A DNA stretch of 64,000 bases. Source: Perkinsus chesapeaki ATCC PRA-425. Its lineage: Eukaryota > Protista > Perkinsozoa. The translations under genes and the position numbers were made by a program. The stretch lies in contig JAAPAO010000112.1 in the NCBI GenBank assembly GCA_013115145.1, positions 9,644-73,643 on the forward strand, read 5' to 3'. Below, one piece after another: positions 10,585 through 24,290 of this stretch. Within the stretch, counting starts at the first letter, position 1, and each line of letters opens with the position of its first letter. The notes under the pieces are model-generated. The model had not been told where the DNA came from. It was given only the letters and a program-made list of their open reading frames with translations, and did not search any database.

Positions 10585-12890
10585 TCAATTTTCTCTCTTC
10601 CCCTCCCCCTTTCCCTCTATTCCCTTTTGTCCCTCCCTCCTTCCCTTCCCCTCCCCCTTTCCCTCTATTCCCTTTGTCTTTCCCTTCCATATATTTAATG
10701 TAGCATTGAATTCAACACTATGTGTATAATAATAATAAGGTTCTGCTTGTGCTTGTTGAAGTGTAGTATAAGGAACATAGTTAGTATAAGGAACATACAT
10801 AGTATTATTATTATCATCAGTACTACCAACAATATCATCAGACATATAAAATTGTTGATTGTCAATGAAACCATCTATATTATTGTCTTGCATTGCTGCC
10901 ACACCAGCACATAACCTCCAGTGAGATGCATTACTTCCTATAATTAATCCTACATTCATATATTCTACCCAATCTCTTTACTACCTAGCTTCCGCATATT
11001 ATGGTTAATAGCTCCTCGATGATCCCTGTACTCAACTTCAACGGTTTCCTGCATATCTTCTGGTGCTATTGACCGTAATTCCCAATCAATAACCTATACC
11101 ACCACCATTACCACCACCGTAATAACCCTAGTATCAAGCATCACTACTACTACCTCAAATAGTTCAGGATCAACTACTGAGTTCCATAAGCCAATAGTAT
11201 TACCTCTTGGACGTACTGATAGGACTATACCATTCTAACAACAACAGCACAATAATACTAATATAATTAATTAATATTACCATTTTTTGTGGTGCAGTAA
11301 ATAAATTACCCAATAATGCTAGAACACATGTTGAATAATAGTCCTTACTATCTGTTCTACATAACCCTTTTACTACCCAACGTCCTCCTTCCCTATTAAC
11401 ACCATCCATATAGACATATTAGTGATGATGCTGCTATGCTATTATTATTACTGATTCCTCTCATCTTCCCATGCTGGCTGTATACCATTTTTAAAAACCG
11501 ATAAAGTACTATATTTAGGTAACTTCATCAGGTCAATAGAATTCCAAAATTGCCAGAACTGTTCAACACTCTTTATATCACCTAATATATATCCATACCA
11601 ACTTTCCCTCACAAATGCCAGTCTACTACCTATCCGGACTAGGCCCCGAGAATACTCCTCGGAATCTCGTGCCCCAATAGGATGATTAGCATTATTGGAC
11701 CCAGGATCATACCTAGTATATATATTGTAACTCGTTTATTAATAGTACATTGTACCAAATGGTAAATGAATCAAATAAAGGAGTACCCTTTATATTATCC
11801 TCTTCAACAACAGCAGCAGTAGCCTTAGCATTGTCCTTCTCTTCTATTAATACCTTATTATCTTCTATTACCTCATCAACTGTTGTTGGTGTATCATTTA
11901 CTTCTATAATAATATACTATAATAACATCATATTATCCTTACCATCCTCTTCTATTAGTATATCTTCCTCCTCATTAGACTTATCATTTTCCTTATCTTC
12001 CTCCCCATCTATCCGATCAACTCCTTGTTGTACCTATATTGTCCATACACCCTTCCATTATAATATTCTACTTACCTGTTTCCCTCTCCTACGTCTTCTA
12101 TTCTTTAATGCTTCTGGTGATGCAGGTACATGATGATGATTACTATTTGTTGTTGTTATTTGCTCTTGTTGCGGTTGGTTTTCATTATTATTATGTTCCT
12201 TAGACGACGTTGTGGTTGCTGTATTATGCGCTTCGGCAAGCCTAGATCTAGCCTTTTGTTTTGCCTATATTACCAATATTATTATTAATATATTATTAAT
12301 ATATACCTTTAATAATGCTACTGCCTCCCTTGCTGCAGCATTACCACTACAACATCCTAACCATGGAGGAGGTGCTGCCACTTGATATGCGACAGATGAC
12401 GAAGAATCGGGATCCCTTCGACTGTAATAATAATATTCTTAATATGGTAATATATAATATATTACTAGTTAAGAACAGGAGATGGTTCAGCCTCAGAGTC
12501 ACTTCGGATACAACTCCATAGGAGGTATCTAATATTAGATTCCAACACTACCATCCATCTCCTACTCCCTCCCCTTTACCTGCTCTGGGGACATAATGGT
12601 GGACTGGCACTAATACCAGAACGTCTACGTGGGCGACTAGAGCTACGACCTAATGTACGTCTATATGGTGTTATTATATATAATGTATATACTTCTTTCA
12701 CGTCTAGCAGCTGCTTCTTTGATTTGTGGTTCAGTAGCTTCATCATCAGCTTCAAACTCTACAATAACAGAGTCAGGTAGGATCTAATTAATAATATCAC
12801 CCTTCACTAATAACAACAACAACCTACAAATTGTCCATCAATAACATCATCCTTATTATCTTCTATGGGTTCTATTGACGTTGCTTCCAT
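10585..12890 (-). CDS. EIF4E: eIF4E-family cap-binding protein with long N- and C-terminal extensions
   Basis: Exons read TPLFDSFTIWY, EEYSRGLVRI, GDIKSVEQFWQFWNSI, STLSVFKNGIQPAWEDERN, EGGRWVV, TCVLALLGNLF and VEYRDH, which is the full eIF4E core. The 3' end is uncertain. Confidence 0.88.
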
Positions 12891-13207
12891 GACGTTTGGC
12901 TAATGGAAAACCACTAACACTCAACACCAGCCTATAAGGACGTTCAATAAGCAGATCTTGAAATTCATAATCGATTCCAGAACTGCTTTGTACACGCAAA
13001 TTGAGATGCTAGAATCGATCCAAGATTAAACAGGGCCCCTGTTACAGGGGGTTAGTTTGGAAAAAACATTTCAAAAGAGCTAAGTCACGCATCGCTCCGC
13101 TGAACCATGTCATCTCCCTGCATTTAGGTAATATATGTTTTCATTCATATTTTGTATATAGCGCGCGCCCTGGACTGTATACCACTTGAGTTGTTGTAGG
13201 GTAGTAG

Positions 13208-16200
13208 ATGCCTAAAGCATATCTAAGATATAAAGGAGAGGGGTCTCTAGGGGCTATAGTTAGCCAACAAGGTACTAAGGATGGTATTTCAGAGGAAAAT
13301 ACGGTATGAGATTAGGCAACGTGGTTGTTACTGGAAACTCCTCCTCTAGTAGTGGAAGATATATATTCTGTCCAACTAATGATAGTGTTACTATATGGGA
13401 TATTAAAACACAAACTATTAAAGGTATTATGGAAATACCATTAGGTAAAGATGAATTACAAAAGAGGCCACCACAGGTAGTATTATTAGTAATATTATCA
13501 TACACTGCTCCACTACATAGGTAACTGCATTATCTAATCTATATACACCTAATACAACAAGCTGGCATGATGCTAAAATAGCTGTTGGTTATAGTGATGG
13601 TGATATATTACTACCTATTGTAGTATTATTATATATGCCTTATAGGTTCTATACGTATATTCTCATATGATGATCATCAATCTAAGCCAGGATCAGTAGA
13701 TGGTATATGGTCACCTGATGTATGCTTTATAGGTCATAGATCTGCAGTTAATGTACTTAAATTCTCTCGTGGTGGTTTCCAACTATGTAATTTTATAATA
13801 CCATATTTCTTGCGTATAGTATATGATTGTAGGTAGTGGTGGTGCTGATAATGATGTTATAGTGTGGGATGTAGTAGCTGAGACTGGTATGTGCCGTCTT
13901 AGTGGCCATAAGGATCAAGTCACTGACCTTGTACTATCATCATCATTACTAATAGTCCATAAACCTATTATTAGGCCCTTCTACATGAGACCAATGCCCC
14001 TGATGCCTCACTGAGTTATGTTGTTAGTGTATCTAAAGATACTACTTGTAAAGTATGGAGTATTGGTACACAGATATGTGTACAAACATGTAGGATGGTG
14101 TTATATATTATAATATATATAACTGCTTTATATAGGTGGTGAATCTAGAGGTGAACTATGGTCTATAGCAACAACCACACAAGTAGTGTCTACTCATAAT
14201 AATACTACTACTACTCCAAATGATAATAGTACAGTACTACTTGTTACAGGAGGTGTAGATCAAAAGCTCTATATGTAATAGTAGTTAATAGGGTATGATA
14301 ATATATCGATTACCGTATTATGCTAGGTATGGTATATCAAGCTTATCATTGCTGTCTGGTGGGGGGTTAGACGCAACTGGTGATATGATGAAGTTTATTG
14401 GACCATTAGACAGGGGAAGTGGAGAGTCTGGATTAAAGAAGCGTGTTGGTATGTAATACGATGATAAACTAGAAGAAGATATACCTGGTTTGATAGGTAC
14501 ATTAGCATTTACATATGATGGTAGTAGGTTATTAGCCCAGGCTGTAGGAAGGACTATTGAGATATATGATATGGTAATAATAAAGGGGAGGATTAGGAAG
14601 GAGGGGATAGTATATTGAATAGTTAACTGAGAAATATCGTAAAAGAGTGCAAAGAAGAAAGAGAGAGAAGGCAGCTAAAAAACATAAGACAACAGCTGCC
14701 ACAGCCACAGCAGCGGGTCCAGATGGTGTGGAGCAGCAGCAGCAGGAGGCGGCGGCGGCAGCTGAGAGTCAACAACAGGAGGATAATGGGGAGGATGGTA
14801 CAAAGCCTATGAGCGCAGCAGAGTTATATAAATTAAGGGATAAGGTATGATGAATAATGGAGGTTAAGAGGTGGTGGTGGTATGATGGTATGGGTGGTAT
14901 GTTTTAGTTATTACATTTACCTGGTAAAATAGGATCTATGGCGATATATAAGGATACAGTATGTGTTGGGTTATTAGATAACTCATTGCATTTGGTAGGT
15001 TACTAATAGGGATAATATAATATATATAATATAGATACCATCATTAACAAATGAATTACAAAGTGATGATGATAATAATAAAGATAGAATGAGTATAAGA
15101 GGTAAAGGCCATAGACAGGCGATTAGGTAATAATAGTGGAATAAGGCAGGGAGGGAGGGAGGGGGTATTACTATATACCCGACTATTAGGTATGTATCAT
15201 TTTCACCTGATAGTAGTATGTTAATGTCATGCTCTGGTGAATCATTAAGGATATGGACAGCACAAAGCAGTAAACAATGTGTTAGACATATAGATAATAC
15301 TGGATATAGTAATAACATTAGCTATTATTATTGAGTAATACAAGTGTTATTTATAGTATTATGTGGAAGATGGTATGCTGGTAATCAACATGTAGTATGT
15401 GGTACTAAGGATGGTTCATTATCATTATATGATCTACAAACAGGGGAATGTATATCACGGGTAGTAATAAGGGTTAATAAATAGGTGGTATATAATATAC
15501 TTATTACTAATACATAAATACTATAACCATCTAAACCTTCAGTATTATCTCTTTAATAGGCATATTCAGCTGCATAAAGAGATCGTAGTAATAGTAGTAC
15601 ATATCATAGTATAGTAGTAGTAGTTATAGAGGTATATAATAATAGTAAATGATGATGTTAATATAATGATATCATTCCATTGTTGGAGTATAACCTTCTC
15701 CCTTAGACCTTGGCATCAGAGGAAAGTGCTCAGCAACCAATATATGGTATATGTGATGATCCTGATGTTGAAGGTAGTACTGCACTTTCAGTAGTATGTC
15801 TATATGTCTATATGTTAAGATAACTTCATTACTGTTGGTGCTGATAAGACATTACGGTATTATTCAACTGATATGTCTAGTATTGGTCAAGATGAATCTT
15901 CTATCCTGATAGAGGTACTATACAACATTAACAATAACAATAATATACATATTGTTATATAGGATGATAGTAAAAGGTTAACATTAAATGATGATGGTCT
16001 TTGTGTCGCACTGTCCCCTAAAGATAAAAAGAAACCAGATGCCCCTAGGTAACAGGCATGAGCTCCTCAGCTCTGGGGTGGTGGTTGTATTATTATAAAT
16101 ATCAGGTTTCTGGCAATAGGCTTATTAGACTCTACCATAACAGTAGTATATGCTGATACCGGTAAACAGTTCCTAACACTGTATGGTCATCAACTACCAG

Positions 16201-18095
16201 TAACCAGGGCTATACTATTATTATCTTAATATAACCTTATTAGGTATTAACAGTGGCATTCTCGGATGATGGTCAACTATTAGCATCTGGTTCAGCTGAT
16301 AAGAATATTAAGCTTTGGCATCCTAAGTTTGGTAGGTCTCCCCCTTCTACCAAGAGTTATTGCTATTATTATATGTATTTAGGTAATTGTCTGCGTTCTC
16401 TTCGAGCACATGAATCCTCAGTAACAAGTATAACATGGTTACCTGGTACACATTATTTAGCTAGTGTTGGTAAACTAGATGGGTTATTAAAGCTATGGGA
16501 CTGTGATAGGTAGTGTTATATATTATATGGTATAATAATAACGATAATGCTTATTATTAGATCTGAGGAGATTGCATCATTACCCGGTCATAATGGTGAT
16601 GTATGGTCAGTGGCATGTGATGCTGATGGGGCTTTAATAGCTACTGGTGGAGCTGATAGGAGTATAAGATTATGGAAGAGAACTGATGAACAAATGTTTA
16701 TAGAGGAAGTAATATACACTATAACAACAACAACTTAGAATATAAGGAGGTTTAATATACACTATAACAACAACCTAGAATATAAGGAGGTTTAATATAC
16801 ACTATACCNNNNNNNNNNNNNNNNNNNNNNNNNNNNNNNNNNNNNNNNNNNNNNNNNNNNNNNNNNNNNNNNNNNNNNNNNNNNNNNNNNNNNNNNNNNN
16901 NNNNNNNACCTAGAATATAAGGAGGTTTAATATACACTATACCAACAACCTAGAATATAAGGAGGTTTAATATACACTATACCATGCATAGTCATTAGCA
17001 GCAGCAACTAGAGGCGGGGGTATAGGTGGTATTAGTAAATAGGGTGGCAGCAGCAGCTGTATTGATATGTATATTAGTGGTAGCAATCATCGTATAGTAT
17101 TAATAATAATTTAGTAAATTTCGTAAATAATAGTTTAACTATTTTAAAGTAACAAGTTGTCTGTGGTGATGTTATTAGGAACAAGAGGAAGCATTAGATA
17201 GGCAGTTAGAGGAGGATGCAGCCAGGGAAGCAGCAGTAGTAACTATGGCTAGACCTACTAGACGTAATAATAATATAATAAGGTGTATTATTATATTGGA
17301 TACTAGGTACAATGGATACTGTTAAATCAGCAGAGAGGCTTATGGAAGCATTGGATGAAGTTAGAGAGGCTACTATTGAAGAAGAGAAGGAGGGGGAAGA
17401 GGAGGAAAAACAACAATCTACACCAGAAGAGTCAATAAAGGTATATAATACTATTTATAGTTAGTAGGTTAGCTCATCATTTATTAGACATTAAGGATAA
17501 TGGCTGCTATACCAGTAGCTGATATGCAAGAGGTTGTATTAGCACTACCTGTCACGTAATAATAATAGTATTATTATTATTTACCTACATGGTGTCTCGT
17601 AAGTGTTGTTGTTATTATTATTAGGTACTCTAAACGTCTATTATCAGTATTAGTAGAACTATTATCATTCCTATCACAATCAGTACCTAAATCACAACAA
17701 GCAGCTATTAGAGGAGGCTTACCTATTGAACTATGCTTATCTGTTGGACTTAGCCTTATACAGGCACAGGCACCATATCTAGTACATGATCCTACTAGTA
17801 GACGATTATTAGTACATCTACGTGATTTACTGTAATAAAATATATAGTGTTATTATTTAATTATAATAGTTATTAATAGGTATGATGTTGCTAGTACTGC
17901 TGTTGATGAGGCAGGTGTAGCTAGGGCAGCTGCCATAATGGCCAGGGAAGAGTAAGGCTTTGGCACGTGTTGTTATTTAGGATATGGTATTAATATAGGT
18001 TAAAGCGTAGAAGGGAGATAGGGGACCTAGATGCAGAAGATAGGGCATATAGGAAATCAAGGAGAATAGCAGGAGGAGGAGGAGCAGGCAAATGA
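13208..18095 (+). CDS. WDR3: SSU processome WD40 protein Utp12/Dip2/WDR3
   Basis: Starts [19 protein letters not shown]; includes [62 protein letters not shown] and GHNGDVW; C-terminal helical region then a basic tail. Spans an N gap inside an intron. Confidence 0.88.
16711..16983 (+). repeat. Intronic 40-bp tandem repeat (minisatellite) interrupted by an assembly gap
   Basis: Unit tatacactata(c/a)caacaacctagaatataaggaggtttaa. TAGAATATAA recurs at 16736, 16776, 16911 and 16951 (period 40). Confidence 0.95.
16809..16907. other. Assembly gap (99 N)
   Basis: Run of N, flanked on both sides by the 40-bp repeat. Confidence 0.99.
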
Positions 18096-18331
18096 TGATG
18101 ATGACAGCGATAACTACTACTAGCACTCACAGTACATATTTACCAGTTCCTTATTACAACAACAACAGCAGCGACTAGTGCCAGCTGTTAACGTCAACTT
18201 ATTGTTTCCATAATGATATGTATGTATTGTTATTATTATCAAGCCGGTGGCGACGGTTGTATTATGGGATATAACATCAGGGTCACCCTGGTAGTCATTA
18301 GTAATAGCTCTTAGTTTCTGTTGTTGTTGTT

Positions 18332-21300
18332 ATGACATCCAACACTAGTGACTTCTTTACCCAACATGGAGAGTCTCAATTCTCCCAAGGTAGTAGTATT
18401 ATTATTATAACTATATATACTATTATTATATTTACTATATAGGTATAGAGGATCTTATGTTTGGTACATCTACTGTAGGAGGTAGTAATACCATGCAGAG
18501 GCCTACTGCAGGAGGAGTAGCAGGGGTAGGAGTAGGCAATAATAATAGTACTATGACAGACTTCTTGGATATAACTACTAATAAAGGGAAGACACAGGTA
18601 AGAAGTATTTATTAACGTATGTGGTGTTGTTAGTGCTATATGTTAGGAGGTGGAGCTAACACTGGATCAAAATGCATTTGGTGGAGAGAAGACCAAACAT
18701 AGAATGTGGGCTGATGATTCTGATTCTGATGATGATGATATTGATCATGGTATAGATGATGGAGGGCAGGCATATACAGGTATATGGTCTAGGTATATAT
18801 TAATAATAATATTATTAATAAAGGTCTACACCATAATAATCACCATCATCATCATCAAGGAAGATATATGGGCCTAGAGCCAGATGGGTTTGATCCTTCT
18901 AGGTTACCTGAACATGCTTGCCAGTAATAATAATAATACCATACTCTTACTTATTTACTATCATCATTATCTAATATTAGGTATTGTTATCTTAGTTCAC
19001 CAGAATGTGTTGTAGAATGTAATGTATGTAAAAGATGGTTCTGTAACTCACATCATAATACTAGTGGTAGTCATATTATGAACCATTTAGTTCGGTAATA
19101 ACACCACCACCGTCATCATTACATTATATCATACTCCTTCTTGTTCTTTTCTCCTTTAGTTCCAAGCATAAAAGTGTATGCCTACATGAAGACTCACCAT
19201 TAGGTGCATCATTATTAGAATGTTACGTATGTGGCAATACTAATGTATTTGTATTAGGCTTTATACCATCTAAAACTGATAGGTATGTCAAGACGACGAC
19301 AGCAACAGGCTTATGCATCGGCTTTATTATTATTGCTTCCTGTTCTTTAGTGTTGTGGTACTTATTTGTCGTGAACCATGTCTAGGGTCTAATACACTTA
19401 AAGATGATGAATGGGATGTATCTATGTGGCAGGTAATGCCTCTCCCCCTTTGTGTAGTATTATTATTGTTATTATAGCCATTAATAGAAGAGAGAGCATT
19501 CCTACCATGGTTGGTTAAAATACCAACACCAGAAGAGGAGGTTAAGTATACTAGACCAATAACTAATTCACAGATTAATAGATTAGAGGATTTATGGAGG
19601 GAAGGCAAGGATAGTGTAATATATAGAAACAGCAGCATAGATAGCAGTTGTTATTAGTAGTGTATTGTAGGCTACGGTACTCGATCTAGCTAAACCTGGT
19701 GCAGCTGCAGCTGAAGATGATATACCTGTTGTTAGGAATACGTAATAATATTATTTATAGTAATGAGTCATTACCTTGTATTAGTTACCCTGATGCATTT
19801 GTATATCAAAATACCTTTGGTCCATTAGTAGAGATGGAAGCTGTTTATGATAAAGAGGTGAAGGAAAGTCAAGCTAAGGTAGTACTAAATACCTTTGCTG
19901 TGCTCCTCCTCCCTCGATAATAACAGCATTAATTTAGCATGATATTAAACTAAGATGGGACCTTACTATGGGTAATAGAAGATGTGCGTATTTCCCTATA
20001 TTCACTAGAGAGGAGACTGCTGGTGCTAAGTTGGTACCTGGTGATGAGATACGTCTAAAGTTGGCTGATTGGGGTACTAATAATGAGGGTTGGATAGGTG
20101 TAGGACATGTTACTAAATTAATGCAAAGTAGCGAGGAAGTATGTGTTGAATTAAGACCACAGTAAGAAGGTGAATAATAAGGTTATATTATTAATAGTTT
20201 GATATAGGTATAGTCATCAAAAGGGACCATGGGATGTTAGTAGTGGATATACTGTTGAGTTTGTATGGAAGGCAACTAGCTTTGATAGAATGCAACATGT
20301 AGTATATTAAAGATAGATTGATAAATAGATCGTTGGTATTTAGGCACTAAAGGCATTTGCTGTTGATGATACTAGTGTATCTGGTGTAATGTAAGTAATA
20401 GGATATAAAAGATGGTATATACCGCTCCTTCCTCAGATATCATATGTTATTAGGGCAGGCTATTGAAACTAATACTACTATAAGGTACTAATATAAATAC
20501 TATAACTATTACTATATTAATGTAGGATACATAACCCACCTAAGAATTGGACTGCTCCTAATCTACCACAGCTAAACCATAGTCAAATACATGCCGTACA
20601 GAAGGCATTAGAGCAACCTCTTACTCTTATACAAGTAATAAAATAGGATAATATACAGGTGGACCATGTACTTATAATAATATAGGGGCCACCTGGTACT
20701 GGTAAAACAGTTACATCAGCCAGTATTATATATCATTTAGCTAGACAGAATCAAGGACAGGTACTACTAGGGATGGGAAAAGAGGGAGGAGGAGGAGGTT
20801 TACAGTTAAATACATATTTTGTATGTTGACCATATCCCTCTGACACTTATAACATTTAGCATACCTGAGCAATCGTGATGATTGTTATTACCTTTAACTA
20901 GATGGTATAGTGATACTATTATCAGGTGCTAGTAACAGCCCCATCTAATATAGCTGTAGATCAGTTAGCTGAAAAGATACATCTTACTGGCTTAAAGGTA
21001 ATAATAATAACAAGCAACTTTATTATCATATGATATTATCTTACAGGTGGTACGTATCCTAGCTAAATCTAGGGAATGCCTTTATTCACCAGTAGAGTTC
21101 TTATCATTACATACTCAAATACGAAATATGAGAACACCACAAGCTAAGGAGTTTAAGAAGCTTTTTGATCTTAAAGTAGTATAATACTACTACTAATATA
21201 TGGTTCAATAATCAAATCAACTTACCAATTAATTAGGATGAAGTTGGTGAGCTTACATCTAGTGATGAGAAACGTTTTAGGATTCTCAGGAGTCAGGTAG

Positions 21301-23559
21301 TAGGTTGTTATACTACTCTTTGGCTGTAGTAGGGAAGGGTATCTTAGGTCGAAAGGGAACTGTTAGAGAATGCTGATGTTATATGTACTACTTGTGCTGG
21401 GGCTGGTGATCCTAGACTTGGTAAATTACGTTTTAAAATGGTAATACTTCTTTTTACAATATCTGGTATGTGATATATTAATATAGGTACTAGTAGATGA
21501 AGCTACACAAGCCTGTGAACCAGAAGCATTGATACCAATATGTAATGGTGCAAAACAGGTAATAAAAATACAACTAGCCTCACTTAGTACTGCAGTCTTA
21601 CTCAACTTGTTGATTAGTACAAGAGTTGAACAACATAGTTGTTGTTGATTCATCATTATTCCAAATATGTCATTAGGTCATTCTAGTTGGTGATCATAAG
21701 CAGTTGGGGCCAGTTGTGATGTGTAAGAAGGCTGCTAAGGCTGGGTTTAAACAGGTAATACTCTACTACTACTACTACTGCTGCTGTAGGAGGATGATGA
21801 TGATGATATTATAACGTTGTTGTTATTTAGTCACTTTTCGAACGCCTTATTGCACTGGGTGTTCGACCTATACGTCTTGAAGTACAATATCGTATGCATC
21901 CCAGTCTTGCTGAATTCCCTAGTCAAGTAATATTGTTGACAATGGTTATCCTATGACCATCCTTTACTATTGTTATAGACCTTCTATGATGGATGCCTAC
22001 AGAACGGTATTACTATGGAGGATAGGCAAGTATCTGGGGTTAAGTTCCCATGGCCTAGGGAGGAGATGCCTATGTTCTTTTATAATTCAACGGGTTAGGA
22101 GATTATTATTATAGTAATATAATAATATTATTATAATTAGGTCAAGAGGAGATATCTGCATCTGGTACATCATATTTGAATAGATCAGAGGCTATTAACA
22201 TTGAAAAGATCCTTACCTACTTCCTACGTGCTGGGCTCAAGGTAAAGATACATCGATATATACAACTCTTTCCACAACTTGTTGTTCTTATTAGGGTTCA
22301 CAAATAGGTGTAGTGACACCTTATGAAGGTCAAAGAGCGTAGGTTAACTCCTATTATTAGCATTTATATTAAACCATACTTGTTTAGTTATATTCAACAA
22401 GTATTACAACGTCAAACTACTCTCAGTGCTAAGTTATATGAGACTATTGAGATAGCTAGTGTTGATGCCTTCCAAGGTAATAATAATATAAGGAGATTCT
22501 ATTACTTCATTTATTAGGTCGTGAAAAGGACTTTATTGTTTTATCATGTGTTCGATCCAATCAAAGAGCTGGTCTAGGTTTCCTTAATGATCCTAGACGC
22601 CTTAATGTTGCCCTTACTAGAGCTAGGTAGATTGGGGTTATTATACTATTATATAAATAGTAGTAATACCACCACTATTATCAGGTATGGTCTAGTTATA
22701 TGTGGGAATGCACAAGTATTAGCTAGGGCTACTACAGTAGGTCATCAAGGAAGAGGTAATGATAATGACACGGACTACTAGTACTAAGTTAATAGTATAT
22801 AGGTTCAATGCCATCGGTGTGGAATGGTCTATTATCATATATGAAGAAATATGATCTTATAGTAGAGGGACCATTATCAGCATTAAGGCAAAGTCATGTA
22901 AGTGAATAAGAAGAAGAGGAGGAGCAATACCCCTCTGGAAGCCTTTATAATGTGATATAAGTTGAATAGATACAAATAGATGAGCCTGTAGTACCAGTGG
23001 CACCATACAGAGGGGGCCCTACAGGGGGGAATAGTGGGCGTAATCAATCAGCACGTAGTTTTGCAAGGGACGCCACATTAACACAAGTATTAATGATATT
23101 ATTATTGGTGATTATTATTATTATTAGGATGAGCCACCATTATTCGATAATGATTATTACAGAGGTATACCACAGAATGTACCAGCACCAGAAGCAGCTA
23201 TGAGAGCACCTAATCAATACTTCCAAAGTAGTAGTAGTAATTAACCCTATAATGTTACAATGAATAATATAACCCTTAGATGATCTCACTACTACTACAG
23301 CAGCATCAGGAGGGCCCCGAGATAGAGCCCCTCGTAGTGATAGACGTAGACGTGTTGGTGGTAGTAGTAGTGCTAGTGGATACAGTGAGAGTCAGATGTC
23401 ACAAGATGCTTTTGCTACACCAACACAGGGTGCATCATATGCGCCATCATCTACTATGAGTAAGTCATTAAGTTATTATTATCATACTCTTATTACTTAT
23501 ATTGTTCAGCTTTGAGTACACAACAATCCCAAATGAGTCAACAGACAGATGCATGGTGA
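18332..23559 (+). CDS. UPF1: UPF1 / regulator of nonsense transcripts 1 (SF1 helicase)
   Basis: CH domain LPEHACQYC...CKRWFCN...[11 protein letters not shown], then [58 protein letters not shown] and [18 protein letters not shown]. Ends ...SQQTDAW* at 23557-23559. Confidence 0.97.
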
Positions 23560-24290
23560 TAAGCATACAGGTTGAGTTGATGATGATAGGAGTAGGACTA
23601 CTACAACGCGCTGTCCCTACATCACAGACCAACAGGTCAAGCAAGATCATCAACAACATCATTATTATCAACATCGATGGCTATAAGACTAGGCATGATG
23701 AGGTTGAGTAAGACATCTAGAGTTCTAATGGTATTGATAATAATAATACAGAGCTGTTGAAATAGGTGTTGTAACAATACTGTTGTTATTATTACTATTG
23801 TAAGTAGCCCTATATATTATTTATAGTATTATTATTGCTCTATAATAGTATCATAACAATGCCTAGATACTATGGCTTTGTATAATCATCATTATCATTA
23901 TTACTACTAAACCGTAGATATTTCAACAGCATCATAGCTATTACCGATTCTCTTGTCGCTTGTTGTTTTTCCCTCCTCCTCCTCCTCCCGCTCATTTGGT
24001 GACATTCCTAACAGTTGAAGCATCCAACTGTTATTTCTTATAACACATAAGTGTATAACCCTTCTTCTTCTCATAATCATTATCATTACCCATATTGTTG
24101 GGTAATGGTTGTGATGGTGGTATACGTATACATGAAGTAGTACTGTACTATTTATAATACCTAAACCACTACATCACCGCCGCCAACGATCATCGTCAAT
24201 AGCGTCTCCGTAACGCAGTAAGTCATTTGTGTTGTTGTCAATTTATCATCACCACTTTGATTATTAGAGGTATGCTATTAACCGAACTAA

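Noticed and set aside
16711-16983. CRISPR-like appearance of the 40-bp repeats
   Set aside because: Units are head-to-tail with no unique spacers, lie in a eukaryotic intron, and no cas genes are present.
23560-24290. Trinucleotide-rich (TAA/TCA/CCT) stretch after UPF1 as a functional repeat
   Set aside because: Indistinguishable from the background microsatellite-like composition of non-coding DNA in the first 24 kb.
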